Shown here: positions 21,143 through 35,538 of the stretch, one piece after another | How the letters are laid out: every line of letters begins with the position of its first letter | How positions within the stretch are numbered: the first letter of the stretch is position 1 | NCBI RefSeq assembly: GCF_032062105.1 | Contig: NW_026919344.1 | Location: 1-64,000 of the forward strand | DNA: 64,000 nt | Direction: 5' to 3' | Source of the DNA: Saccostrea cucullata | Taxonomy: Eukaryota | Notes under the pieces: model-generated | Seen by the model: only the letters and a program-made list of their open reading frames with translations | Databases searched by the model: none | What the model was told of the DNA's origin: nothing | Translations under genes and position numbers: made by a program

Positions 21143-24100
21143 TTAAACTAACAAATCATAAGATATGAATATTTCCTTTTTTGTTTTATTAAACTGCAGG
21201 TACCTTTGAATGGCTGTATAAAGCATAAAAAATCATACGATTTGATATTGAAGATTTTAAGTTTGGAGTTTTCACTGATAATCTATATTTGAATGAAATT
21301 AAGTGATTTTTTTCTTCCCATTTTTGATCTTATAAATAAATATGTTTTACAAGACCTAATAGAAAAAGAACATGCATGCGTGCTTTTCCAATTCCATAAT
21401 GGACATGAACACCATTTATCCATGTGGTTGCAACGTCAATAAAGATAAGTGCAAATACGGAAAAAAATCACATACATGTAATTGTATGGAATAATTGTAT
21501 ATATAAGTAAAATTTTAAAATAAAAATGATTGGTTTCTTCACGGATTTATAATTTGTTAATGTTTATTGACTTATCGCGCTTTGAGCAACTTCGTACCTT
21601 CGAATTTATTTTAATAAAATTTTCTTTAATAAATACTAAATCTACAGTTTTTAAATATTAATTGACTTACTGCCCTTTAAGCGATTTACAAACTGCAAAA
21701 GTTGCTTTTTGCTATGCATATACATTCAGCAAACACCGCGAAATACAAACAAAACAAAAACGTTTTATGGAAATGTTTTCCAATGAAGATTAAGCTTCAA
21801 AATTGCATCCTTAAAATAACACTAAATCTTATGCACATTTTCAGTGACGCGTAAACAAAATGACATTAAAAAATCTTCTTCCCATTGTTGATGTAAAATG
21901 TATCGTCATGTTCATAGGATGGAAAAGGAGGAAATCTATTAATTTGCAGGATGGCTACTTTTCATGCATGGTTTCCGGACTTCTTGATGGAGATGTTGTG
22001 TGTTTCCCCCATTAGAGTCTCAATAATTTCGCATTTATACTTGGTACAATAAAAGATATGGCTACCTTTTGCTTTTGTCACAACAAATAAACGTTTTTAA
22101 AAAGTAATGACCTTTCTTCACTTTTTTAAATAAAAAAAGAATTTTATTGCTTTGTACCCTCAACTAAAACATTAGAAAATGTAAAAATAAAAAATTGCAT
22201 AAAATTTCTATAGCTGTAAATAATGCATATTTATAACTTACTCATGGTATTCCACTGAAAGTCACTAAGGCGGGGAGAGGAAAAGATACCAAAAAAGTTG
22301 TTCACATTTTCCTGGTGTAAAGTATCATACTAATAATTTGTTCTTAATAATTCTGAATTCTATTGCTTCTTAATATATGATTTACAAAATTTTGTAAAAC
22401 CTTATTTGCGAAGAAAATAAGGTTTAAGAGATTCTGCATTCAATTTGAGTTTAATAAAATGACATATCCTCTCTATAACTTGTGTCTAACAAGCGTATTT
22501 TTGAAAATTAAGCATTGTACAAATTCGTGAAAATTTAAAGACAAATAATAAATCTATGCACTTGTATTTATTTTAACTTGTTAAGCATCAATCTTTCCCA
22601 TTTATATAAAATGAATTAATGTACGTTTCCGTCTGGGTTTGTTTGGGGAATCCCATAGTTTACAATTTAAAGCTTTAATAAGAAAACTCATGCACGAACA
22701 TTGACTATCCTAGAGAAAATAACTATTCTTAACCCTTTTATCAAGTACAGTTCATCAATATATTAAGATCGACAAATATAAATTGAAAAAGTGATATGAA
22801 ATTTGAATTATTTATGCTATTTAAAAGCCATATTCCTAATTTTCAAAAAAAAAAAAATCTCAACTCAAGAAAACTTGCTGAGCTGCACATTTTAAAAATA
22901 CGAAATAACATTTATACTGTTTGAAAACGTACAACTTATTTCAAAATTAAAAGCATATTTGAAAATGATAGATTTATATTGGGTTGTGCTGCGTGATCTA
23001 TTAATGTGGATGTTTAATTATTAGGAAGAAATAAAAAAATGTTTTGAATAATTTAAATTTTTACTGGTGATATATTTTACGAGTTGCCTCCCACAAATCA
23101 ATTGACAAAGTAATCAGTGACATTTCATTTATTCTACTATTTACCACTAAATACGCCTTGTTAGGCATGATTTTTTTCCAGTAACTTGTGTTAAAGAAAC
23201 TATGTACCGAGGACTCTTTTGTTTCATATGCAATATATATACGCATTGGTTTAAAAGCATGTCGTTAAAGCAAAATATTTGTAGATGTATTCATACATTG
23301 TATTTGTATAAAAGTAGAATACTATGCTATAAAGATTTCAAGGATTTCTGAAATTTAGTAAAATCTGCTTTCTGATATTTGATTCTTTGCATTATAATTT
23401 TCAAAACCTGCCCTTTTTCTAAATTATACTTTTTAAAGAAAACAATTCAAGGTCTTGTGAATGTTTTATTCCTACCTTTATATAGAAGATTTGTATTCAC
23501 ATTTGTGGTGAAAATGTGTCTATCTTATAAACTTTAACATTTAATTTTCTTAAATAAGAAGCTGAGAATTTCGGGTGATTTTTATTTGTGAACAAAAATT
23601 AGAAATGAAAACTGCCTATTCAAAATGATATATCAAAAATTAAAATTATACTTTTAGGATTTTTTATTGCTTTTTTATTATTTAAATTACAGACTGTAAT
23701 GTTAAGATATACTTTCCAATGTCTGTAAACTTACCACCTATTTGACTGATTGAACATATGCATTGTATTTATTCACAAAGAATTAAAGTACAATTCTGGG
23801 ATGCATATATTCTTTGATATTTTAATTTATTGTTGTCAACTTATCTTATGATCCGTTCCCCTCCGGTTTCTCGGTAATTCTGGGGAATCCCATACTTTTC
23901 TTCATTTCTTTCTGTAGGTCATTATACTGAAACCTTGACAATCTTCAACCCTGTAATTCTTTGTGTGTTACCTGATGTCCCACAAAGATATCAAAACAGA
24001 AACGTAATCAAGCGTGTAAAAGAGTTAAACAAATCAAAAAATGTTATTTGAAATGTCAAAGAAAATGTTAATGATATTCAACATGAGGTTATCAACTACC

Positions 24101-25020
24101 AAAAAAAGTTTCGAAGAATGTAAAGTGCATGGGAGAAGATGCTATGTAATACAGGACTGTTGCGGTATAAACCGAACCAATAACAACTAGGACAACCCAA
24201 AGACAATTACACGTAGAACCAGATATAATATCTCATCGCATTTGCTGTTGATTGGGAAATTCCGGGATCAGAAACAAGGGTTGTGTGATATTAATGACAT
24301 AGCTAGACCTAACCAGAAACCACTATATCTTTCTTTACGTTATACAACGTACGAATCATAAGTAGTTTAGTTTTTTGCTTAAAAAAAGGTTCACAAAGGT
24401 CGATTATAATGGAATTCTGTCCCTGATAAGTTAATAACTCATTGTATAGATTACTGCAATGAGTGACTTCAGAATAATGTGCTATTAGTGTATGATCCCG
24501 ATTGGATTACTTTTCAATGTACTGTTACAAAAAATATCCAACGAATGAAAGCAAGAGGAATCTTTAATCTAAGTGCCAAAATTATTTTTGACTTAAATAT
24601 AGTAAATGGTCAATTTGGTAAAGAAATTTTATTTTTTTTTATCAAATTTGTTGAATTTGTTGTAACAATTTAAATTTGTAATAAAATATTTGGATTCATT
24701 ACAAGGGATTCAACGTGCTACAAAAATATTGAATTCATTTTAACACGTGAAAATATGTAACAGAATAAATTCATCGAAAAGAATGGTTTAATTTGTTATA
24801 AGAAATTCAATTTCTTAAAATTTCAATATCATATTGTATTACTCTTTTCTTTTCGAATCTAAAATTTAGAGAAAAGAATTGGATACGATCAAGTGAAGTC
24901 TTAAATTCGTTGTAATGAATTAAATACATTAATTTGTTCTACTCTACTGTATTTTTTTTTTTTTTAGGAATATTCAATTTTACCAAATCATAGATTGGAA
25001 GTTTTAAATTATCAAAATTT

Positions 25021-26110
25021 ACTGGAATTAATTCTACTAGAACTAATCCACCTAATACCCACAGCTCCCTTTCTAACGAGAAAATTCTTCAAATCATCAG
25101 TTTTGAATATATTTCATATTCCCAACAACCAAAATGAATTTGAATTGTCATATCTATATTTGAATCCAAACCCTCATAAAAATCCTCACAAAGATACATA
25201 GCGGTTTCCAATAAAGGTTCTACCATGCCTATTTCTTTACTCCTCACTAAAATATCAACAATTGTGAAGGAGAAACTTCTAGTGTATATGCAACAATATA
25301 TTCAAGGAGTGGTGTAAATCAGATGTGGATACTTATAAATTTCAAGGAACTTTTGGAAAATCTGAAATCACATGTTTTTTTGAGACTAGGTCTTCCAACA
25401 ATCTATTTGAATTTCCACAGGTACCTATTATTGTATTCATAAAAAGCAGAACTTTTCGAAAATCTTATACGTGAAAAGCAGAAAACACTTGCTGTGACCT
25501 TCAACTTGAAATTAAGGTTTATCAACGACGTATTGTCAATTAACAATTGCTTTCAAATCCCTATTAATGAAATTGGTAGAGAGTTTTGAAAAGTTTCTGT
25601 AATTCATGTTCTCTTTCGATAGGCTTTAACTCAACATTTTGATATTTCGACAATGTACTGTCACTAAGCGATGCTATTTCTATTCTCATGCCGATACGAT
25701 CTATCTATCTATAAGCATGAGAAAAAAGATACTACAGAGTCTGACACATCTGTTTCATATTTTGGATATTATACGTTAATGGTAATCTAACAACCAAGCT
25801 TTATGATAAACGTGAATACTTTAACGTTTTAATCGTTAAATTCCCTAATTTACTAGGAATATCCAGCTATATATCTTTATCACCTGGATACGGGGTTTAT
25901 ATGTCTCAGTTGATTCGATACCAAAGATCATGCTCTACGTATGAACAATCTCTAAAACGAGGAACGTTAATGGCAAACAATTAAATTGATGAAACAAGAA
26001 TATAAGCAGTCCCGTTGAACGTCATTATTTTAAACTTCTATGGTCGATACAATGACGATACAGTGACCTTGTCAGATAATACGATCTATCATTTAGTCAA
26101 ATGACGACTG
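25021..26110 (+). mobile_element. Degenerate, internally deleted Penelope-like RT fragment
   Basis: Remnants of QNEFEL.Y..P.PHKNP, GVNQMWIL, FINDVLSINN, LYDKR and RYNDL. Homologous to 38.1-39.7 kb. Confidence 0.72.
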
Positions 26111-26140
26111 TCCCCCCTTTATTTTCGGATCATAACAGTC

Positions 26141-26290
26141 GCCCGCGTGGCGCAGTGGTTAGAGCGTCTGCTCTGGAGTCGCGAAGTAAAGTGTCAATCC
26201 TTACGTCGCGGGTTCGAATCCCACTGTGGGATGTTGAGACCGGTCCTTCGGATGAGACCGTATAAACCGAGGTCCCGTGTCGCAGTAGGG
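26141..26290 (+). mobile_element. tRNA-head SINE with Deu/Nin-like domain, 3'-truncated
   Basis: A-box TGGCGCAGTGG and B-box GGTTCGAATCC, then GGTCCTTCGGATGAGACCGTATAAACCGAGGTCCCGTGTC. Confidence 0.8.
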
Positions 26291-26475
26291 CCTTTAGGTT
26301 CCTTTAATATAACTGAACTTCAAGGTACTTGTGTAGAATCAGAATGATTTTTAATGAAATTGGTTTGCTGGTGAACATTCACAAGATGTGATATATAATT
26401 ATGGTGAACATAAGCATTGTTTAAATATGCATAGTTTTACCTAAAATTAGGGAATAACTATCTTCTAATTTGGTA

Positions 26476-26720
26476 TTTGCGACCGTTAATGCTGATTTAA
26501 CGGTCGCAAACTGAGTTTTACCGGCGAAGCCATTCTAATGCAATCCAAGTATTTTGTTTGTTGTTTACATGAAATACTTCACGGAGCATTGTGTTTTGCG
26601 TCGCTCTATTATGACGTCACAATGAAGAAGCTTACACGCTCGTTAATGCTCGTTTTACTGCTTCAAACATCAGTGCATTAGCCAATCAAAACGTGTTTTA
26701 CAAAACAATTGCATTAGAAT
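26476..26720. repeat. Perfect 14-bp hairpin followed by a small element with 13-bp inverted repeats
   Basis: TTTGCGACCGTTAA-N7-TTAACGGTCGCAAA at 26476-26510. ATTCTAATGCAAT at 26532-26544 and ATTGCATTAGAAT at 26708-26720. Confidence 0.7.
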
Positions 26721-27849
26721 CTTTATTGTATAAAACACAATTGGCTTCAATATTTCTTCGCGGAAATGTAAGTTAAAAAAAGAAACTTGAGGAAAAATTG
26801 CATGCAACAATGAAGTTCTTGCCACTACTCTTTCTAGGCCCTTGATCTCACCTTATCTATATTGCTGGATATTAGATTTCGTTTATTTTGTTGTTAAAAG
26901 TTATCAACGAAATTTTCAACATGAAATTTTTATGACTATATATTTAAGAGGATTACTTCGAAACAACGGAATTCAATGCCTATTTTAGATGTCAACTCAA
27001 CAAAATTTTGTCCTCACGAAAATTTATGCAAGTACAGCATACCCTCTTTTAGATATTTACTATTTGTCTCTTTATCGATATCTCTTCGTCATCTCCACCT
27101 TTTTAAATAAGATTAATTTAAATGCATACAGAAAAAAATACAAAGAGGCATTAAAAGAATTTTATTTTGTTTAAATTTTCATTGCACAGGTGTATTCATA
27201 ATTGCAAAGTACATAAACGTCAAAAACTTTACAATGATAGTTTGAAGGTCTTTAAGATACCACAACTAAAGTACAAAGCTCAAAATAAATAAGCAAACAA
27301 CAATTGGCATTTTATCTTCTCGTGACTATTATGTAACAATGCTTGATGTTGTTCGCCCAAATTAATCTGTTTTTAAAAAGCAAACAATCCATAATTTCAA
27401 TGTAAAATGTAAAGATAACGTGCATGCAGTGATTTATCTCATTAATCCAGTAAACAAAACCGTAGTGAACATGGCAAAAATTCAGGTCCCTGGAAACACA
27501 ATGGAAAATCAATTTGAGAAAAGTACAAGATAAAAATTGTGTGGGTCCTGCATTCAATTTTCTGGTACACCAAAAACCGCAAACAAACAACCAAAAGGAC
27601 CATATAGTGTGTGATATGGTGTGTGATGTATCTTTTCTTGGTTGGATTAGTGTATACACCCTTTCCCTTTCCTCGAATTGCAAAATGGTAACTGCCAAAA
27701 GGGCAGTCATTTATTTCTATCAGGCTTCACAAGTAAAGATTCAAACCTATATTCTATTTGCTGAAATATGACGTACATATCAACGAAAGGGTAAATAATG
27801 CTTCAAAATACAGTATATTGTAAAGTACATGCATGTAGTTCAGTGAACT

Positions 27850-28330
27850 ATGAAGTGCAAACACGAACTACTCTTCATCATCAGAGGTTTGATCAGGTGC
27901 TATTGAGGAACAAGCATCTCCCGTTGACCGGTTACATTCGCCGTGTGCTCCTTATCATGATCGGACAAACAGAAAAAATCCATATACAACTCAATGAAAA
28001 TAATAAACTAACAATTTCTATGAATTTTCAGCCAACGTTCGTCTTATTGATAGATTGTATTTGAAGACTCGGTTATTGTATCGACCATAGAATTAACAGA
28101 TTGTTGCCTCTTAGGGACCCTTGATATTCTTGATTCATCACTCTATTTGTCAATAGTTTTAAATATTATTCGTAAGTAAAACGTTATCTTAGGTATCAAC
28201 TCAGCTGGAAGACATAAACCCTGCTGTGCATCATAAACTATGCTGGTGATAATGGTATTTTGCTACAAAATAAGGAAAATTCAAGATAGAAAATATGATG
28301 TCACCACGTTATCATTAAGTGTTTAGGTTA
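27850..28330 (-). mobile_element. Penelope-like element 3' fragment
   Basis: Reverse-strand tail and decayed RT C-terminus homologous to 5512-6050. Confidence 0.65.
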
Positions 28331-29114
28331 CCATAAACGTTCTTCTCAAGTAAAAATACCCAAACATTAAACATCTTTGTCAAACTCTTTAGCATATTTT
28401 ATTTGGAGTTTTGTTGTGTGTATATTTTTTATTTAAGAAATATAATAAATAATGAACTTTTACCACGGTAGCGTAAGGTTTTTAAGGACAATGTTTGACT
28501 TATTTATTACGTAATGTGGAATGTTTTCAACAAATACATATAACAGTTAACCTGGCACATAAGCAATGTGATGGCATTATTATTTTGGAATATCACCCGT
28601 CGTCAAGCAAAGTTGACAGTTGCTACGTTCTATCACGCAAGAGGGTTCAGAAAGTAATAGCGTTTTATCACAAATATTCCTTGACGAATCAAAGTCAACT
28701 AATTTACAGAGAATTGTAATTTTGTCGTTTAACAGCTAGGCAATTCTCTTTTCTGGAAATTTAAAGAATTAGCTATCATTTACATGGTGGAACAAATCAA
28801 ATGCGAAATGATTGATGAAATTGAATTGATCAAAAGAAAGAATCTTTGCAATAGTCTCACACTTAGGAATTACGACTATTTGACAATCTTTTTAGGTATG
28901 TAAGTATTTTGATAAAAAATCAAATATGTTTAAACCTGTGAGTAGTGGAGCTAAGCAGTGATACAATAAAACACTCATTCATCATTGCAGACAGTGATGA
29001 TTAATTCATATGAACGAATCTCTATATAAATTCATATTCCATACCAGGTTTTATGGATTTCCAAAATGTCAAGATTTTGAAGCATGATACTGGTGAAGAC
29101 TGCTCTTCATGTGA

Positions 29115-29159
29115 TGATTGGCCTACACATATAATTAAAATAACTGTTATGATATAAAG
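29115..29159 (+). promoter_or_regulatory. Putative promoter of paralogue 2: inverted CCAAT box and TATA box
   Basis: TGATTGG at 29115-29121 and TATAAAG at 29153-29159, with ATG at 29200. Confidence 0.55.
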
Positions 29160-29199
29160 CGAAGTGAAGGAATTTTATCTAGTACACATATTTATCAAG

Positions 29200-30327
29200 A
29201 TGAGACTAGAACTTTTCGTTTTGTTAACCGTTCTCTTGAATATTCTGCACATATGTTCCAGTTCTTTGATTGACAATTCCTATCACAGGTATTGCCGGAC
29301 AAACATTCATGGAGATCAAAACTGCTACTTCACGGTAGCCTATTGGTTCAATTTTCTAAATTTTCGTCAGTGGTTAGAAAAACTTCCAGATCCACTTGGT
29401 GATGTGTCATTAAACATTTACTGTTTTGATGGAGCCCATATTTATTTGCCGTTTCCATTCCGGGCCAGAAATCTCAAGAAACTGCATGTTAAGAACTGTC
29501 TGATCAGAAGTTTCATGTCTGAGTGGAATTCAACATCGCAATATCCCGACATCCTAGAGGAGCAAGAGATAGAAAATAGTGAAATTGAGGTTGACTATCA
29601 AACTATGCAAGAAGTCATTGGTAGCACACTCAACAAAAAGAATGACTGTGGGCAGGAAACGCTTATAAAGCTGACTTTGAAAAACAATACATACAAACCT
29701 GTGGTCAAGGATCCAAATGTTTCTATGAAATCCATGGCTGATTCATTCGAGGCTTTTCAGGATAGGATGAAATCTGCAGATTATTTGTGTAACTACAAAC
29801 ATCTCAAATACTTGGAACGTTCAGCTGAAACACCTCTTAGTAAAAACTACATGAATACTTTGACAGACAAATCACATTACCCAAGGTTAGAGACCATCAA
29901 AATGAGGTCAAATAAAATTGTGAATTTCCCAGAACAGTTTAAGAGATGGTGGGATGTTTTTCCTACACTACGTGAACTTGATCTATCCAACAACTCATTA
30001 CAAAATTTTTCATTTGATATTCCTAGGAAACCCACAACAAACCTCGTACCTTTACTTGTAAATCTTAGACAGAATGACATAAAAATGGTTCCTTCAGACA
30101 TTGACAAGTATTTGTCACAATTACCTATAATTATAGATGTGGGAGAAAATCCTATAAAATGTGATTGCAACGCAGAGAAACTCGGAAATTATCTAAGATC
30201 TGTTCGACGCCGATATCCTTTATACAAATACTTGACCGAGGTTGTATGCAAATCACCCAGTCAAGTAAAAGATATCAAACTTATTTACATAAACTATGAA
30301 AAATGTTCTCACACTAAGGAAATCTAA
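29200..30327 (+). CDS. Secreted Toll-ectodomain-like LRR protein, paralogue 2 (complete LRR C-terminal cap, no TM/TIR)
   Basis: First ATG at 29200, followed by signal-peptide-like MRLELFVLLTVLLNILHICSS. LRRs LRELDLSNNSL and VNLRQNDI. LRRCT NPIKCDC...VCKSP...C, then a stop. Confidence 0.88.
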   Translation: MRLELFVLLTVLLNILHICSSSLIDNSYHRYCRTNIHGDQNCYFTVAYWFNFLNFRQWLEKLPDPLGDVSLNIYCFDGAHIYLPFPFRARNLKKLHVKNCLIRSFMSEWNSTSQYPDILEEQEIENSEIEVDYQTMQEVIGSTLNKKNDCGQETLIKLTLKNNTYKPVVKDPNVSMKSMADSFEAFQDRMKSADYLCNYKHLKYLERSAETPLSKNYMNTLTDKSHYPRLETIKMRSNKIVNFPEQFKRWWDVFPTLRELDLSNNSLQNFSFDIPRKPTTNLVPLLVNLRQNDIKMVPSDIDKYLSQLPIIIDVGENPIKCDCNAEKLGNYLRSVRRRYPLYKYLTEVVCKSPSQVKDIKLIYINYEKCSHTKEI

Positions 30328-30624
30328 TGTAAGAATTGTTATATTTAAATTTCTGTCCAATAACTAAACTACTTGTTGTGATTTTTTTGGTAAAAGGGTA
30401 TAGATGTATTTACAATATTCATAAATTTAGTTTATTTATCTTGATTAATAAATGAGATTTAATCGGTGTTTGTTTTTGCTGATGGTGTTTTGTTCTACCC
30501 AAATATAGGCCTTTATCCTTGCAATTTTTATGGTTCAAAGTACAAAAACTGCATTATAGTTCAAATTTACCAGTTACTGCAAAAAATGAACAGGTTTCCA
30601 TATTTCTTAAGATGAGATGTGTGG

Positions 30625-31390
30625 AGATAACGAAAAGTATTCCAGCCCCAAACTCCGTTAAACACTACAAAATAGGAGCGGAGCGAACAAGGACCTCCAA
30701 AACATCAGAGGTGGGAGCAGGTGCATGGAGGTGTGAGCATCCACTGCTGACCGGTCAAACCCGCCATGTGCTCCTTGTCATGATAGGGAAATAACAGCAA
30801 AAATCCATGGACAACTCAGTGTGTAAACAATGGCCTGAAAATCAATATGAAAAACGTCAGTCAGCATTTGACTTAATGATAAACCGTATTTGCTGACAAG
30901 GTCATTGTATTGACCATAGAACTTACGAAATGATAACTTTCAACGAGACTGCTGATATTCTTGTTTCATCAACTTGTTTGTCAATAATTTACCTCGTTGT
31001 TGAAATTGTTCATACGCAGAACATAATCTTTCGTTTCGAATCAACTGAGATATAAAATCTCCGTATGCAGGTGACAAATGTATACATTGTATACCAGTCT
31101 TGCTGTATAAGTAAGGGAATTTAAATATTGAATAGTTTAAGTCATAACGTTTATCATAAAGCTTTGTTGTTAGGTAACCATTAACGTCTTTTTTTTCTAG
31201 TTAAAGATCCAAATATGAAACAGATGTGTCAGACCCTGTGATATTTTTTATTTCAAGCTCACCAGGATATATATATTGTGTCGACCTTAGAATGGAAATA
31301 AGTATTGTTAATTGACAATACGTCGTCGATATATCTAAATGTCGAGCTGAAGGCCTATCAAATGTGTTTTTCTTTTCTATATATTCGATC
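30625..31390 (-). mobile_element. Penelope-like element 3' fragment
   Basis: Minus-strand IYPGELEIKNITGSDTSVSYLDL, LYDKR, and an intact tail. Confidence 0.75.
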
Positions 31391-33454
31391 AATGCATACT
31401 ATCTTTGCAAGATATATAACTGTATTCAGCGGCAGCTCACACATATTGGTCCGACCAAAATAATTCCATCATGATAAGTAGATACAACATTATTGTTCAT
31501 GATAAGAGTAAAGTTGTGTATGTCATACGTTAAAGAAATCAAAAATAACGTCAAAATATCATTAGAACACTTTCCCCCCGAAATGCAAATAAAAAATATC
31601 AATATTCCTACGCTCGCTCCCTCCTCAGCCTTTTTTTTTTACGTGTTTGATAACAAAGAATAATTAGGTCATTCTTCGATACATATCTTTTCACCAATGA
31701 ATTGATAATACTATATCAACAATTGTATTAAGTACATGATTATAGTCCGTTAACTATCATACAATTTGTTCTTAAAGAAAAAATTAATCATTCTGTGTGT
31801 GTGTATTATTAAATGACGGAATTTTCAATCCCTGGCCTGCTCGTGTGTACACTTTGTAAACTGTAGGGTATGTGTGGCAAAACGAGAACTGCATGGGTTG
31901 GAGATTCGGGTTCGTGTTGAAGTTCAGCATACCATTATATATAGAACTTGAATAATGTAAGTAATTTCTGCGACAAATATATTAGTATATTTCAGTTATT
32001 TTCAAAACAAAAAAGGTTTTCCATGTTTTCAGTTTAGAATTTTCCGACCCGGTCCTGATTTTCCCAACCCGGCCGTTTTAAACACAAGTTGTTGCGGATG
32101 CAAATGTTAGAACAAACTATATAAAGTTCAACAGGGATTGTATAATTTTTATTAATCAGAATTCGTATTTATATGATCTAATTAGAAAAGTTTTGTGACA
32201 CCGTAACTTCTCGGCAAAACAAAAAATGCGTGTGACAGCTCCATTGCACACCAAGGCTACAGGTACATGTAATGTGTACTGTTTGTTAGGAGATTTCAAT
32301 GCTATGGAATCACGATATTTACAACAGTTCCACAATTAGACAGTGCAGTTTTTTTTTATTAACGTCATTATAAACACTGTTAAACATATTAAATCTAACA
32401 GTCGAATATCTTTGGATATGGGGTAACCCATATCTATTCTTGTTATTTAAAAGATCTTGAACAGTCTGCTTCATATGAATACAGACATAGGTCTGTTAAT
32501 TACGGGGCTTAATTGGAAACCCACGAGACTTCCAATATTTTGTTGGAAGACCTGAAATAAACATAAGTATGTGTCAACATAAAAATCGTACATTTTTTGT
32601 AAACATTATTATTAAAATTATATAAAAAAAAAACTGGTTCAAGTGCATAATTCTGATGCAGAAAGTTGCAAAATACTTGCAACTTATGAGATTGTTTTGA
32701 ACTGTGAATATCAGGAAAACTATTTTACTTTAGAAGTACAGTCAAGAAATGTCTGAATAAAGATACACGAGAAGGAGTTATTGCTCTCGTCAACATTTTT
32801 AAAAGTTTGAGTGATTGATTAAAAAAAGAAAATATACATTTAAAAATTTCTTTTATTAACAATATTTATCATCACACATATTGAAAAGCATTCTTCCAAA
32901 AGATATTGCTCTGTTCTATTGGGTATGAATTTTAATTAAAAACAGTTTTTGCAAAACCTATGATATCATAGGATGATAGAAATACCTCAAGAGAATCTAT
33001 CTGACAATCTATAGTGGAGTATTTAACTCCAGGTTTTAGTCTTACTTTCATGAAACGTTTTTCCATCTGTCATAATTACTGAAAGTGTGTTTGGTTCTAT
33101 AATTTTACAGCAGATGATCTCGAAGAAAGTTTTTTTTTTCACTATATAAGAGCATTATATAATAAAAGCCGTAGTCATTTGGTCGTTTTCAATGTGCCTC
33201 AATGAAAAAAAAAAACACAATAAAAATTTGACAAAGTCGACTTGGTAAAAAAGCTTAATCATTGACAAACACAAAAGGTAAACAAATAAGTCCTCTATTA
33301 AATTTACTTTTTCTTTAAGTTCCACCACTTTCCTATTCATAAAGTAATTACATAACAGGATACATATTGATTAATTGATTGTTTAATGTTTGATATTGAT
33401 GGAAATGTCTCTTTATGGGTGAAGTATATTTAAATGGGATAGAAACAACATGCG

Positions 33455-33485
<31 letters not shown>

Positions 33486-33486
33486 T
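33455..33486. repeat. (AATC)n microsatellite
   Basis: About seven AATC units, the same unit as the tail of the SINE at 44.4 kb. Confidence 0.85.
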
Positions 33487-33688
33487 ATCATCATAATGGC
33501 ACCCAGTGACATTGAAACGAAGTATGAGAATTAAAGAATCAAAAATTTTGAATTTCTTATTTTTATCTAATTCAGTGGTCAACCAATTCTTTTGATGTAT
33601 TAAAATGTTATTCTTTTCATCTTGTCAAACTGGTTAATAAAATGTAACAATGTAATCGCTTGGAATTTTAAAGTGTACTTTTGTAATT

Positions 33689-34165
33689 TTATTATTCCCC
33701 ATTTGAAAATTTGGAGGATATATAGTAATAGCGATGTTCGTCGGTCTGTATGTACGCCCGTCTGTTCTTATGTTACGCTTTGGGGATCTTATCCGCAACT
33801 CCTCTCATACCACTGAATGAAATTAGATGAAACTTTCGAAGAATCTTTAAATTGTTACATAGTGCCATTATGCACCTTTTACTTTTTGATCCGCAACATA
33901 TATTCGGTTTCCCAGAAAAAAAAAACATGAAGACTGTCATTCTTTCTATAGTATTGAAGGGTATCCTTTTCTTTCTCAACTCCTCTTATATCAATAGTTA
34001 AATTTAATGATACATTACATATTCTTGATTGCATAATGTCATTGTGCACCTTCTATTTTTACTTTTAGATCTAGATAATAGAGTGCCCCAGCGCAAAACA
34101 TGAACTTTGTCAGTAAAATCATACGGGAGGCGGGGGTGTCATTTAGTGAGCTCAGTGCTCAAAGA
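33689..34165 (+). mobile_element. Helentron-associated non-autonomous element (HINE/DINE-like), degenerate
   Basis: TTTATTATTCCCC start, GTCT/GTCC-type microsatellite, and an internal repeat with CAACTCCTCT at ~33796 and ~33977. The 3' end has GCGGGGG and a small GAGC..GCTC palindrome. Confidence 0.55.
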
Positions 34166-35538
34166 ATTATATAAAGACAAATAATTAAAACAATTTTCTT
34201 TTCCTAAGACTGTCTATTTTACAAGGGTAGTTAGGTTTTATAAAGTGAAACATTGCTATGAACATAGTATTAAATTTACTAATCATGATTTGTTTCTTCA
34301 TAATATATTGGCATTACATTATTACATGAATTATTAAATTACACAAAAGTACTAAAATTAACATGGCATCTTGTATGGTTATCTAACGGGTTTTATTTTT
34401 AAAATCTTAATGTTTATATTGTTTCCTATTTTCAGACTTTCCCTTTTGACAGTGAACATGAACGTCACATTTTGTCATGTTTCTCAGAAAAACGAGCAGG
34501 TAGTGATTTATTAACTATATAAATTACAATGTTAGATATATAGTGATTCCTATTGTTAGGTGCATCTCTATACCACCATAAACTGAATCTGTTTAATATC
34601 ATGCTGAATAATATAAAGCAAGTCCTTCCTAGCACCTTTAAAAATAGCCTAACACTTTTAAAATAGCATGCACATAAAAAAGGTATGTGGTAGAACATAT
34701 ACGCTACTTAATGTCTGTTATGTAACAGTTGATTTAAGATAAATATTACTGGTAAATTACGAGAAAAAGGAATGATTAATTATGTGCAAAGATTAAGTCT
34801 CTCACAGTCAGAATTTATTTTTAAGAATATTTTTTAAAAATATTTTTATAACCGATACCTTGAAAAAATCATATGGTCAAATCAAAATTCAACTGGATAT
34901 CTATTATGAGAGTAATAAAATTTATTCATTAATTTGAGGATATATTTTGGGGCTAAAACTTATCTGCGATGTATGTAAGATAATTCTTGGCAATTAAAAA
35001 AAAATCTTGAACAAACATCCGCATATTTTTTTCTTCCATTTTTTTTTACTGTGCAAGTGACAGGATTGAGATTGAAGTTTTTACAAAATAATAGAAAAAG
35101 CAAAAGTAAAATTTATCAAGATACTTCTGAACAGCTGTAGACAGTTATATCACTTCGATTCATGAGCTGTAAGCATTCTTTGGTTTAAACGTTAGAAACT
35201 AACTACTTAAATGATATATAAACATTCCTGGATTAAAAGTTTGAATTGAAATGAAGTTCACTCTAATCATGGCCACATTGAGAACAAGGATTGTCTTTAG
35301 AAAGAATGAAAAGATTACATGCAAGATAGAAAATACTTCCTCAAAAAGAAACATAGGATTTGCATGATAACCAATTAATAAAATAATTTCAAACCAAAAC
35401 GTAATGACAATTATCTTCGTCAAAATATTATAAATAATATATGAATAATTATTTGTTTAAGACTTGCAGATAATATAGATGTTACCTGCTTTTGTAAATA
35501 ATAGAAAAGTATACATAATAATCTAAAGTTTAGATTAA

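Noticed and set aside
23905-24360. Possible exon or pseudogene (e.g. a missing TIR exon) after TTTCTGTAG
   Set aside because: The frames I translated contain stops and give no recognisable domain.
26141-26232. Functional tRNA gene
   Set aside because: No convincing anticodon arm, and it runs directly into a SINE body domain.
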